DNA of 64,000 nucleotides, taken from Prorocentrum cordatum (taxonomy: Eukaryota). The DNA lies in contig CAUYUJ010000300.1 of the NCBI GenBank assembly GCA_963575745.1, positions 1 to 64,000 on the forward strand, read 5' to 3'. Numbering within the stretch: the first letter of the stretch is position 1; each line of letters opens with the position of its first letter. The translations under genes and the position numbers were made by a program. Of this stretch, positions 46,011 to 58,475 are shown piece after piece. The notes beneath the pieces were generated by a model. That model was not told the DNA's origin. It saw only the letters and a list, made by a program, of their open reading frames with translations, and did no database searches.

Positions 46011-47415
46011 TCCTCCTCCTCCTTCTCCTCCTCCTCCTCCTCCTCCTCCTTCTCCCCACCGTCGCTCTTCTCGCCCACGTCTCCCCCCCCCTCCTCCGAC
46101 GCTCTCGCTTCCCCCTCCCCCTCTCCCTCGGCAACGGGAGGGCGGGCCCCGCCTCCTCGGGGGCTTCCTTCTCGCCTCCGGCGGCGCCCACAGCGGCCTC
46201 TCGTAGCGGGAGCGGGCCTCGAGGTTCGGGCAGGGGCGCTCCTCGGCCATGTTGTGGAGGTTCCTGAGGGGAAGGGGGGGCGAGTAGGAGGAGGAGGAGG
46301 AGGAGGAGGAGGAGGAGGAGGAGGAGGAGGAGGGGGGAGGAGGAGGAGGAGGTGGAGGAGGAGGAGGAGGAGGAGGAGGAGGAGGAGGAGGAGGAGGAGG
46401 AGGAGGGGAGGGGAGGAGGGGAGGAGGAGGAGGAGGAGGAGGAGGAGGAGGAGGAGGAGGAGGAGGAGGAGGGAGGGGGAGGAGGGGGAGGGGGGAGGCG
46501 GAGGGAGGAGGAGGAGGAGGAGGAGGAGGAGGAGGAGGAGGAGGAGGATAGGAGAGAGGAGGTGGAGGAGGAGGAGGAGGAGGAGGAGGAGGAGCGCAAG
46601 TGGCTCCTTATACGTCTCACGCACCCTCTCCTCCCATGGGGGGGTGGGGGGACGGGGGAGGGGAAGTGGGTGAAGGACGGGGGAGGGAGGAGGGGGGGGA
46701 CGGGGAGTTGAGGTGGAGGGAGCTGAGGTGGAGGGAGAAGGGGAAGGAGAACGTGCCAGAGCAAATCCAGGATGCACCCATGATGTTGCACTGCGCCTTC
46801 CAACCTCGGGCCCCTCCCTATTAGCCGCCACAAGCATTCTGCTTCAATATGCGCAACGCCTCCTTTGAAAGACGAATGCACCGTGGGCCCACAATTCTGG
46901 CTGGAGCTCTGCTTTGACAGGAGCAGGGCTCCATCCTTCAAAGTGTAAGGAATGCAACGCAGTGGAGCGGGGTCATACAATTCGAGGTGATGCCCAGCCA
47001 TAACCACGTTGAGAAACATAACTGCCACCCATCGCGGTGAAAACTCAACAATGCTGAACGCCCGTTAATGACAAGTGGTGGGCTCCTAGGCACGAGCCGC
47101 GAGAGAAACGCACGCCCTACTGTAGGGCGTGTGTTCCTGTCCTTTTGCTGCTCGTAGATACATGTAAGGTGTTTCAGTGCATGTACGGTGCTTACAGGTA
47201 CGCGTGTCGTTTTGCAACAGGTGCTTACATGTATGTAGGGCCCATGCATATGTAAGCACCTGTTGCACGATTTAAGCTTGTGGTGCGAATGTTGAATACG
47301 TCCCAAGCAATCACCCCATGCAGACACTCACGTAGCTGCTGGAATTCTTTAGAGCGGGTGCTCGCGGCGCCAGGCCAAGAACCCCATTTTGAAAATCCAC
47401 ATGCTGAAGACCAAT

Positions 47416-47437
47416 GCCGTAGCCATCTGGGCTCAAG
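47416..47437 (+). other. Relic dinoflagellate spliced leader
   Basis: GCCGTAGCCATCTGGGCTCAAG, a 20/22 match to DCCGTAGCCATTTTGGCTCAAG. Confidence 0.85.
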
Positions 47438-49560
47438 AGCGGCTGAGCGGGCTGCGGGCTGGCGGGCGGGGCGCCCCGGGCGCGCCTGGCGCCGATGGGC
47501 CGCGCTCCATGGAAGGGTCAGGCCTCCCGAGCCTCCCGGCAGGCTGGGCGTACGCCTGGTTCCCCGCGCCGATCTGGGTCGGACCCGGCGCGCCGCCGCC
47601 GCCGCCGCCGCCGGCAGAGCGAGCGTGCGCCCCCGGAGGAGCGGCGGCGTTCGGGACCGTCGACCTGGCCCCGGCGTGCTGGGGCGGCGTACTGGGGCGG
47701 CGTCGGCGACTGGAGCCAACGCGGCGATGCCCCAGCCCTGGCCGCTCGCGCTCTCGCAGGCCTCCAGAGGAGCGGCCTGCGAGCAGAGGCCGTGGCGGGC
47801 GCCGCCGCGCAAGCCCCCGCCGGAGCCGGCGCCGCCGAGGCCGGCGCCGGAGGCGGCGCCGGCCCCGGACTCCGAGCACGAGGAGTCGGAGGAGAGCTCG
47901 TACGAGGAGGAGGGGGGCGAGGAGGAGGCGGTGCCGGAGCCTGCGCCAGCAGCCCCTGCCCGGACGGCTGGCGCGGAGGGCCGGCCGGGCCCGCCCCTGG
48001 CGCCCCCCGCGAAGGCGCCGCTCAAGACGGCAGCCGCGCCCCCCGCAGCTCCCGGGGCAGGGGCAGACGCTGCCGGAGGAGGCAGCGCGTCCGCCCCCCG
48101 CGCGAGGCTCGTCGCCGCAGCCCTCGAGCTGGCGGGGCTGCAGGGGTACCGCGCCGAGGATTTTCCCGAGGGAGTGCTTCTCCGGGCGGTGGGGATTTGA
48201 GCTCGGCGTCCGGGGCCTCCATGCCGTGGTACGGCTCAGGGAGTTCTTGCCGCTGGGCCGACACCGCGGACGACGAGGGGCTTGGGACGCTGGACCCCAG
48301 CGACGGCTTGGAGGCTGCGCAGCCGTCTGCGTGCCGCGTGGTCGCCACGCCCCCCCGGCAGCAGCCGCCGCGGCCCGGCAGCCCGCGGCAGCGAACCGGT
48401 AGCGGCTGCGACTTCGATCGCCCACCGCCTCCCATAGGGTTCGGCCCTGTGGTCGAGGGCGGCGCTGCGGCTTGCCCCCGGGCGCGGGCGCCGCCGCCAA
48501 GGAGGGCGACGCGGCAACGTGCCCCCTCGACGTGGGCGAGTTCGCCATCGAGGGCAAATACGACGCTCTTGGCGCCCTCCCTCCTGGGCCTGGCCCGGTG
48601 GAGGTCGAGGTGGAAGTGGCGGCGGAACCGGCCTCCCCCCTTCCCGGCCACGAGGTGGAGATCGCGCGGCGCATTTCCGCTGGGTGGCGCGACTTGGCCC
48701 CTGGACCGCCGCCTCCGGCCATGGACCCGATGGCTGAGGGGGGCACCCTCCCCGCTGGGACGCCCCCAGTGGAGGTCGAGGTGGAGGTGGCGGCGGCGCC
48801 GGCCTCCCCCCTCCTCGGCCACGAGGTGGAGATCGCGCGGCACTTCTCCGCCCGGTGGCGCGACTGGGCCCCTGGACCGCCGCCTCCGGCCGCAGTGCGG
48901 ATCCCAGGTGCCGAGGCTGGCGCACCCTCCCTCCCGGGGGCGCCCCCGGTGGAGGTCGAGGTGGCGGCGGCTGCCGCGGAGGCGGCCGCGGGCCCGCCGG
49001 CAGCCACGGCGGCAGCCGAGGCCGAGGCGGACACCCTCCCTCCCGGGGCGCCCCAGGTGGAGGTCGAGGCGGCGGCAGCGGCGGCGGAGGCGGCGGCGGC
49101 GCACGCACCACCTTGCCCTGGTGCATGCGCTGGTGCGGGCTGGCGGCCGCGCTGCCGAGGTGGGGCCGGCGCCCCACCTGCGCGTCCCCCCCGCGCTGGC
49201 AGCTGCAGCGGCGGCGGGGAAACCGCGCTCGGCCGCCCGCCGGACCCGGAGCTCGCGGAGCTCACATGGGCCTCGTGTGGCGGCCGGCATCGGCGCGGCA
49301 GGGTATAGCCTTATATAGGCGGGCGGCACGTCGCCGCGGCCAAAGGGCTGCCGGGCCTGAGCGGGGCTGCGCCGGGCGCGGGCGCCCCCCCGTGGGCCCC
49401 CTTGCCCCATATCCGCTTCCCTCCCCGCCTTTCTCGCGCCTCTGTCGTTCGTCTGGCGTGCGTCGTTCGTCGTCGCGTCGGTGTCGCCTCCCGCGCTCTG
49501 CCGCTGGGCTCCCGCTCGCTGGTGAGAAGTGTCCGCGGCGCCGGTGCGAACACCTCAGTT
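47416..49560 (+). mobile_element. SL-headed, very GC-rich retrocopy with internal 170-180 bp coding-like repeats
   Basis: GC content rises abruptly at the SL. Repeated PVEVEVEVAA.PASPL.GHEVEIAR..SA.WRD.APGPPPPA units lie at about 48595-49080. Confidence 0.45.
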
Positions 49561-49563
49561 GAC

Positions 49564-49743
49564 TACAGTCGGGGCCTTGACCTAAGGAACCCTAAATAAG
49601 GAACGAGGCCCCTTTTTCCTACAAGTTCAACCTCGATTTCCCATCGAAAAAATAAGGAAAACCTGATGCAAACTGCGACACACTTAAGGAACACGGAGCC
49701 CCTCCCCAACGAAAAGGGTTCCTTCTTCAGGGCCCCGACTGTA
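49564..49743. mobile_element. Tc1/mariner/pogo-type MITE, partial copies at about 11003-11157 and 45216-45380
   Basis: TA-cagtcggggcc ... ggccccgactg-TA with interior 'ctaaggaaccctaaataaggaacgaggcccc'. Confidence 0.8.
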
Positions 49744-52700
49744 ATCGACCGCCGTCCACCAGTGGAAGTGACAGAAGACCAAGGCCGCAAGGGTGAGCAA
49801 TCACGAGCGAAACGCCAAACCCAGCCTAACGACAAGGTTGGCGGCGCAACACGGAGGCATGAGCAACATCAGGACGGATGAGGGAATGCACACACGGAGA
49901 GGGGTGCTGAGGGAAGGAATGGGAGGTTGATGAAGGGCAGATTTTGGCTTATGAGGAGAGAAAGAGATTAAGATGGACAGAAAAATCGACTGGCGAAAAG
50001 CAGACAGCGACATTCTCGACCGTGCCTGCTCTGGGCGATTGGAGGCTCCATGGGTAGGTTGTTCGCCCATGAGTGTGCAGTCGCGGCGAATCGATCCCTC
50101 TGTACATTTCTGCGGCCGCTGGAGTGACGATTACTGTCAGGAGGAGGAGAAGGCGGAAGAGGAGGAGGAGACCCGATCCCATCTGGCAGGTCATCCGAGG
50201 CGCCCGCACCTGCCAGAAGCCTTATCGCCGCGCCAGAGACCTCGCCCTGGCATCCCTTCGGCAAATAAGGCGGAGACGGCCTGCTGCAAGCCGTATGGCT
50301 CGCGAAGCGCTTTGGGCCGCCTCTGGGAAGAGGAGGAGGAGGAGGAGGCGAGGAGGAGGAGGAGGAGGAGGAGGAGGAGGAACAGGAGGAGGGCGCGACG
50401 GACGGACGGAGGACGAGGAAGGCGACTCGTAGCTGGACGAACCGCGGAAGGCTGGTGGCGCAGCGGGTTTTTGGGAGGCCCGCTCGGGACGACCCCGGCC
50501 GTCCCCGATAGCACGAGCAGGCGGCGGCCGCCCCAGGAGGAGGGAGGAGGAGGAGGAGGAGGAGGAGGAGGAGGAGGAGGAGGAGGAGGAGGAGGAGGAG
50601 GAGGAGGAGGAGGAGGAGGAGGAGGAGGATGGGAGGAGGAGGTGGAGGAGGAGGAGGAGGGAGGAGGAGGGAGGAGGAGGAGGACGAGAGCTCTGACAGG
50701 GCGGAGCTCCACGGGCCGGGAGGCGAGATGCCGACGGGCACGGCGCCGAGGGCGCGGCGCGGGGTATGGGGTATGGAAGGTGCAGCTCCTGCCTCGGGGG
50801 AAAAAGAACGGAGCGTGGCAAGGCCACTCGCCCTCGCCCTCCTGCTGTCTCTTCCGTCCTTCCTTCCTTCCTCCCTTCCTCCCTCGAGGCGCATGGGCTT
50901 CTTGCGCTCTGGGTCCAGCCAGGCACGTAAATTGCGGTAGCAGCCGCCGCATGACTTCAGCCAGGGAGACGCGTAGCTTTCGTGGATGTTTTGTACCCCC
51001 TCCGTGCGCCCCGCGCTGGACACTCAAGCGCCGCTGACAACTCACAGTTGCAGATGAGAACTGTGTGGCCACCGGCCTGGTTCGCCACTCGGGCTTGACG
51101 CGGAACTGTGCGCCCAGCGCCATCCTCGCCGACTCGTCCCAAATATCAAGCGGTGCTCAAACATGTCTGGCTCGGCCAGCACTACATGAAGCTCCGCGCC
51201 ATGCAGATGAAATGCCTCGCCGCAGGCTTCTGCAACGGTGCGCTCCTCTCCTGCTCTAACCTTCCTCCTGGCGCAGCGAGGAGCTCTCTCGACGCCTGGC
51301 CGCACCCTGGCCTCCTCCAAGACCGCCGCGGTGAGGACGAGCGTCGCGGCGAGCCCGCAGGCGGCAGCGACGAGCAGGAACAACCTCCCTCCTCCCTCCT
51401 CTTCATCCTCGTCCTCTCGAGAATCCTCAGAATGTGTGTTAGCGCAAACGTGTTTGTCCACCGACTCCCTCCAATGCGAAGCAGGCGGCGTAGATAACGA
51501 AGGCCAACACGGGCTGCGTTGCATCGACGGCGCTGAACGGGGTAAGCACGCATGGGATTGGCACACGTCCTGAGAATCATCGACCCTCTTCCTCCTGGTC
51601 CTCCTCCTTCTTCTTCTCCTCCTCCTCCTCCTCCTCCTCCTCCTCCTCCTCCTCCATCTCCCGTCCTTGCGAGGCGGGGATCTGTCGATATCAACCGCCT
51701 GCGGAATCGACGTCCTGGGACCCCAGCGGACGGTGAATCTATGGCTAGGTCTGGACCCCAGGGAGGCCCGCACAGCTCCAGATCCGCCGCCTGCCGAGGC
51801 CTTCGAACATCGACCCTCCGGGCGGGTGCCCCGTACCAGCCCCCGCCCGCCGCGAACGCCCGTCCTGCTTCTTGGCTTGGGGACGCGGGTGAGAATCAGG
51901 CGCCAGGTCCCGAACGCTCGGCACAATCGGGAGCGGCCAAGAGGGGGGTGTCCAAGAGGGGGGGGTGCAAATCATGACCGGCGGCATGTGCGCGGCCCAG
52001 CGGGGGGGCCTGGGACGCAATGAAATGAGAAGAGGCGCCATGAAATCTGGGGAAACATCATGGCCCACGCCATGATATCCACACCCCCCTAGTCATCACC
52101 CCCCTCTTTGCCGCCCCCGACACAAAGAGGCGAGCGGGGACCGAGCGATGGCCCCGAGAGACGCACGGGGCGAGCGCCGCGGAAGCCACGCGGCGGAGGG
52201 AAAACGACCGAGCGAAACGACCGAGGCCCGAAAGCCCGAGGGGACTGCTCCCGGCCGGGTCCCTCCCCGGTGGGCCGGAGCGGGGAGCAGATTTGAAGGG
52301 GCCCCGGGACACACAAAAAAAGACACACAAATAAAAAGATTCCCCATATTTTCCCATATTTTCTGGGTTTTTGTCTCCCCCCCCACTCCCCATATTTTCC
52401 AATCTTTTCCTGGGAATCGACGATTAATTGTGTCTGTGTGTTTTTTCTCCTCCTGAAGATTCCCAGCCTGGAACATATCCCTATCCCTATGCTGGGCACC
52501 TCCTAATCACGATGCCGACCTTAAGGATTCCCTTCTTTTTGGAGGGCGGATCCCAGAGATTGCAATCGCCTTTTGGCGTGTCGATCTTAAGGATAGGGAT
52601 ACGTTCGAGGCTGGTAAGCAGAGGCGGCAGGGGAGAGCGGAGGCGCCGCCGGGACCAGGGAAGCGAGCAGCACTGCAGGAGGCGAGGAGGCGGAGCAGGG

Positions 52701-53849
52701 ACCGAAGCAGCGACGCGGCCAGAGGCAAAACTGACGGCAAGGACGCAGGATGACTCGCCATCGCTCGGACGTCCATTCCCTGTGTTTTTGTTCGGTTTCG
52801 TGCGTGGTTTTTTCGCCAAATGATCAAGGATGCTCCTCGATGGTCCTCGCCGAAGGAAAGATGCACACGTCCGAGCGATGCCAAGGGATGAGGGTGCAAG
52901 GGCCTTGGAAGGTCATGGCGGCACTTTTCGAGCCGGGCGCGGCCAAGGAAGGTGGCCAAGGATGGGCCGAAGGGAAAGGATGCAACGGAGACCTTGGAAA
53001 GTCGCGCATCCTTACTATCAGTGTTGACTGTACAGGAAGAAACAAACAACATTGAAAAGGCCCAGGGGCACACACACAAATAGACACAAATCCCAGGATC
53101 CCAATACTATTCTACGTATTTTCTGGAATTTCGTCTTTTCCTCCACTTCCTCTATTTTCCAGTCTTCTCCTTAGACTCGACGAATTGTCGTGTCTGTCTA
53201 TTTTTCCCGCAACAGCGGCAGCTGTTGGGCAGACGACCTCCTCACTCAAAAAAACAACTTCAACACCCACGGAGACGCCGACAGCGAACCCCGTTCAGAA
53301 CGGACGCGGAATGGTGTGAGCCTGCGTACCCCCCTTCCTTCCGTTCAGAGGCGACGATGGGAGCGAATAGCCCAGGGAAGAGCAATACACGTATCCAAAA
53401 GCGCCGACGATCTATGTCCTCGAAAAGGCTCCCGGGCGAATGCGTGTAATGCCCGCCCCTGGGCCATTCGCCCCTATCGTCGAAGCCGAGGCGTACCCCA
53501 TCGGGGATCTTCTGACCCAGGTCAATCCAGACCCGGATCAGCAGGAAACCAACAAAACTGCAATGCAGGACATAAAAACTGCAACGCAGGGCTTCGCAAA
53601 CCCGGGTCAGCCAATATGCGCGGCCGCCCCGCGGCCACGAGCGGCTCGCTAACCCGGGTCAGCCAGAGGGGGTCTTCGCAGGATCTTGCAGGATCCAGTG
53701 CCCTGGCTGACCCCCGTGTGCATTGACCCCCGTCCCAAGGCTCCCGACCCCACCTCGGCCCTTCAGCAATCCTTGGGCCGGCGCGGGACCACCGCTCCCC
53801 TGGCGCGCTGCAGCGCGCCAGAGAAGCGCCGCCAGAGCGGGGGCCCAGC

Positions 53850-54041
53850 GTTAAGTCGGGCCTGTCCCCCCACAGGGGGATTTTCGACGAAAAATAAAAA
53901 GTACCCCAAAAATGCTCCAAAAAGGTCAAACAATGCTCCAAAAATAATCCCCAGACTATGTTTGGACTATGTTTGACTATTTTGGGGGTGCTTTTTATTT
54001 TTCGACGACAATCCCCCTGTAGGGGGACAGGCCCGACCTAA
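53850..54041. mobile_element. Foldback/MITE element, second copy at about 62589-62783
   Basis: Long imperfect inverted arms 'gtcgggcctgtccccc.acagggggattttcgacgaaaa' / 'ttttcg.cga.aatccccctgta.gggggacaggcccgac'. Confidence 0.8.
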
Positions 54042-56559
54042 GCCCAGCGCCGACCCGAGGAGCCCGGGCGGACCTCTCTCAGGCTTTTGGCTTCCCGCCG
54101 CGCTCTGGCTTCTGCGGGCGACGCAGCACAAAAGGCGCTGGGCGCAGCGCGCACCGGGCCGGCGACATCGACGGCGGCCACCGGCGACTCGACGGCGGGG
54201 GGCGGCTCTTGTAGGAGCCCTTGCTCACCAGCCAGTTCGCCAGCTCCGGCTTGCCTGCGGCTCCCAAGCGACGGCGCCAGACCCGATCCGCCCCCCCTTC
54301 CCGCCGAGAGAGCACCCTGGGGGATCTCTCGCGTTGCCTCTCCGTCCTCTGAGCTGCCTTTTTTGTTCTTCCTCTCTCTCTCTCTCCCTATCTACCTCTC
54401 TCTCTCTCTCTCTCTCCCCCCTCGCAAGACGAGACCAAGACTGAGGAGACAAAATCGGACCGGGACACATCAAGGACACTTGAGTTTCGGCGGATCCGGA
54501 GGCACTCCAGGCTGCCATGAAAGCGTTCCGGAACGCTCTGGAACGAGCTACGGTACAATCGTGTCGTGACGACCCTGGCGTTGATTTCTGGCACCGCGTG
54601 GATCGTTCAACCTTGAACGATCGGCGGCTTCTCGATCGCCAGGTCGCTCCGTATCGGTCGATTCTGGACCACTGGCGGCGCTCAGCCTGGAACGCCAGAG
54701 GCGTGGGCGCCGCCGCGTCGGGACCACGCGAACCTGCCGTAACCTAGGGCAACCATCTTCGCGCTTCGCGCTCCGCGAAGCGCGATTACCTTCGCGCTTT
54801 CGCGCCGCCCCCCGTCCCCCGGAACAGGATGAGGGACTCGCGCCTCGCTCTGAAATCGCCCAGGCCGCGAAGTGCGAAGCGTGACTAACGTCGCTCCCTC
54901 GTGGTGGCCCTGGCGCATCCTGGTCCTAATTAGGCCCGCGCGATCTTACAGAATGACCATAACAGGGGATATGTCGACCCCTATCCCAGGCTTCGTGGGG
55001 TTTCCGAATGGACCAGAAATTTGGGGCCTAACCCTGGGATATACGATGGGGGGGTGTCCATTCTCGATAGGGGTGCGTCCGAATAGCCCCCTTGGGGTGT
55101 ATCCCAGGGTTTTCCCATTCTTCTGAGCGGCCAGACTTTTCGGGCGAAACTCGGGGATTGGGGGAGAAACATCGCCCGCGAGACCAGGGGAACGAACCAC
55201 GACGTGCACATAAAAGCTCGGAGGTACGCGTGGAGTTCTCGGATCGGCGCTGGACGGACCCCTTCTTCTGGCGGGGCGCGCCATGGGGCGGAGCCGGAGG
55301 CGCCGCCAGGGTGGTCCAGCACCGATCCGAGAAATCCGCGCGGGCAGCCGAGCTGCTCTGTGGATGCCGTGCCTCGTTCCCCGAACGTCGTCCCTCGCGT
55401 CCGCCTCGTGGCCCCCCTCTCGAGTCGCTCTGCTGATGGTCCGAGGCCCAGCGAGGGCCCCGGGAGGCCGAACACTGCCCAACCCCCGCCTCTCTTGGGA
55501 GCGTCGGATCCCACAGCAGGCGAGCTACGAAAAAACACCCGAGCCGTCCGAGCAGGCCCGGGATCCGCATCGTCCACGGCGCGCGCACGCGCGCCCGACT
55601 GTGGACCTCTCGCGTCCGCCTCGTGCCGCCGTCGTCTCGCCTCGCCTCCTTGTGCGCACGGCCATGCGCGGCGCGCGGGAGCCCCCCGGGCACGGGAGCG
55701 GCGGCGTCCGCGCCTTGGAAGGCGGCCACCTGGCAGAGCGTGAGGCTATCCTCGGCGACGCCGGCGCCCCCCCCCCCCCCCCGCAGCAGGCCCGACGGAG
55801 CCGACGTCCGCGAGGCCTCCCTTCCGAGGGTAATGACAGATCGACGGCGCGCCCAGGGAGGAAGGCAAGGGGGGGCACCTCCTCCTCCTCTGCCTCCTCC
55901 TCCCCCTCCTCCCCCCTCCCCCTCGTCCTCCTCCTCCTCCTCCACCTCCTCCTCCTCCTCCTCCTCCTCCGCCTCCTCCTCCGCATACTCCCCCTCCTCC
56001 CCCCCACAATACCTAATATGAATACTACTCTCCCTCTTCCCCTGATGACGGAATGGGAGTAGCCGACCCCCCCCGCGTATTGTTTTTTTACCCACAGGTT
56101 TCCCCGGAGTTGGGTTTTCGCTTGCATTTTTTCCAAAATGCTGCTCTCGCTGAGGCGCCGGCCTCATTTTCGGGCCCCGCTCGTTCCGAATCGTGCTCCC
56201 GCTGCAGCGCTGGCCTCATTTCCGCCGGCGCGGGCTGCACGCCCGAGACGGCGCCCCGGGTGGCGCTCGGGCCGCCGGGTCCGGAGCCGGTTCCAGCCGC
56301 CCCCGGAAAATGGAGTTCCGAGGCGGCGCCGAAAAAAGGCAATTCTAATACACATTTTTCTTGTGAAAATGCTCAAGTCTGCTTCCGGCGCCCAGGAGGC
56401 CTCCGGGGCCGATTCCGACGCCCGGGCCGGCGCCCGAGCCGGCGCCCTGGCCGGACGCCCGAGCCGGCGCCCGGGCCGGCACCCGGGCCGGGTCCGAAGC
56501 CGGTTCCGGCCGGCGCCGGAAAATCGAGTTCCGAGGCGGCGCCGAAAAGAAACTATTCT

Positions 56560-56560
56560 A

Positions 56561-56591
<31 letters not shown>

Positions 56592-56632
56592 TATATATAT
56601 ATATATATATATATTTTATATATATATATACA
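56560..56632. repeat. (TA)n/(GA)n microsatellite
   Basis: Seen directly. Confidence 0.95.
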
Positions 56633-56751
56633 TACCTAACATAGAAGACTGATAGGTTTTTACTAGAATCAAAAGAAATCATCATGACGCCCCGGGGGGG
56701 TCTGGGCATGATCCGGGGGAGTGCCGGGGATTTTTTTTGTTGCCAGCAGTT

Positions 56752-57104
56752 ACACACTTCGTGGTTTTCAAGGTTCCAGAACCCCATTCCCGGGCCACAT
56801 TCTGAATGCCTGCAGCCAACTCTAAGCCACTTCGTGGTCTTCGAGTTCCCAGAACTCCATTCCCGGGCTACATTTTGAATGCCCGGAGCCAACTGTAGGC
56901 CACTTCGTGCTCTTCGAGTTCCCAGAACTCCATTCCTGGGCCACATTTATTTTGAATGCCCCGGAGCCAACTCTAGGCCACTTCGTGGTCTTCGAGGTCC
57001 CAAAAATCGATTCCTGGGCAAGATTTTGAATGCCCGGAGCCATCTGTAGGCCACTTCGTGCTCTTCGAGTTCCCAAAACTCCATCCCCGGGCCACATTTT
57101 CAAT
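56752..57104. repeat. Tandem repeat of about 5 units of 72-78 bp
   Basis: Unit 'ccacttcgtg.tcttcgagttcccagaactccattcccgggccacattttgaatgcccggagccaact.tagg'. Confidence 0.9.
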
Positions 57105-58475
57105 GCTGAGGCAGGCTGATGCTGAGGCTGAAGCAGGCTGAGGCTGAGGCAGGCTGAGGCTGAGACCGAGGCTGAAGGCAGACTGAGGCTGAGGCTGAAG
57201 CAGGCAAAGGCTGAGGCTGAGGCTGAGGCTGAGGCTAAGGCTGAGGCTGAGGCTGATGCTGAGGCAGGCTGAGGCTGAGGCTGAGGCTGATGCAGGCTGG
57301 GGCTGAGGCAGACTGAGGCTGAGGCCGAGGCTGAAGGCAGACTGAGGCTGAGGCTGAAGCAGGCTGAGGCTGAGGCAGGCTGAGGCTGAGGCTGAGGCTG
57401 ATGCTGAGGCAGGCTGAGGCTGAGGCTGAGGCTGATGCAGGCTGAGGCTGAGGCTGGGCGAGGCTGAAGGCAGATGAGGCTGAGGCTGAAGCAGGCTGAG
57501 GCTGAGGCTGAGGCAGGCTGAGGCGGAGGCTGAGGCAGGCTGATGCTGAGGCAGGCTGAGGCTGAGGCTGAGGCTGATGCAGGCTGAGGCTGAGGCAGGC
57601 TGAGGCTGAGGCCGAGGCTGAAGGCAGACTGAGGCTGAGGCTGAAGCAGACTGAGGCTGAGGCTGAGGCAGGCTGAGGCTGAGGCTGAAGGCAGGCTGAT
57701 GCTGAGGCAGGCTGAGGCTGAGGCTGAGGCTGATGCAGGCTGAGGCTGAGGCAGGCTGAGGCTGAGGCCGAGGCTGAGGCAGGCTGAGGCTCAGGCTGAA
57801 GCAGGCTGAGGCTGAGGCTGAGGCAGGGCTGAGGCTGAGGCTGAGGCAGGCTGATGCTGAGGCAGGCTGAGGCTGAGGCTGAGGCTGATGCAGGCTGAGG
57901 CTGAGGCAGGCTGAGGCTGAGGCCGAGGCTGAAGGCAGACTGAGGCTGAGGCTCATGCATGCTGAGGCTGAGGCTGAGGCAGGCTGAGGCTGAGGCAGGC
58001 TGATGCTTAGGCAGAGGCTGAGGCAGGCTCAGGCTGAGGCAGGCTGAGGCTGAGGCCGAGGCTACAGGCAGACTGAGGCTGAGGCTGAAGCAGGCCGAGG
58101 CTGAGGCTGAGGCAGGCTGAGGCTGAGGCTGAGGCTGAGGCAGGCTGAGGCTGAGGCAGGCTGAGGCTGAGGCTGAGGCTGATGCAGGCTGAGGCTGGGG
58201 CAGACTGAGGCTGAGGCCGAGGCCGGCGGCAGACTGAGGCTGAGGCTGAAGAAGGCTGAGGCTGAGGCAGGCTGAGGCTGAGGCTGAGGCAGGCTGATGC
58301 TGAGGCAGGCTGAGGCTGAGGCAGGCTGAGGCTGAGGCTGAGGCTGATGCAGGGTGAGGCTGAGGCTGAGGCTGAGGCCGAGGCTGAAGGCAGGATGTTG
58401 AGGCTGAAGCAGGCTGAGGCTGAGGCTGAGGCAGGCTGAAGCTGAGGCTGAGGCAGGCTGAGGCTGAGGCTGTGA
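57105..58475. repeat. (GCTGAG)n satellite with recurrent variants
   Basis: About 1.37 kb of gctgag with gcag, gctgat, gccgag and gctgaag-gcagac variants. Confidence 0.99.

Noticed and set aside
46750..47415. Lower-GC unique segments as candidate host exons (also about 5700-6480, 37020-37780, 50930-51570)
   Set aside because: They show no recognisable protein motif, and splice structure cannot be established without transcripts.
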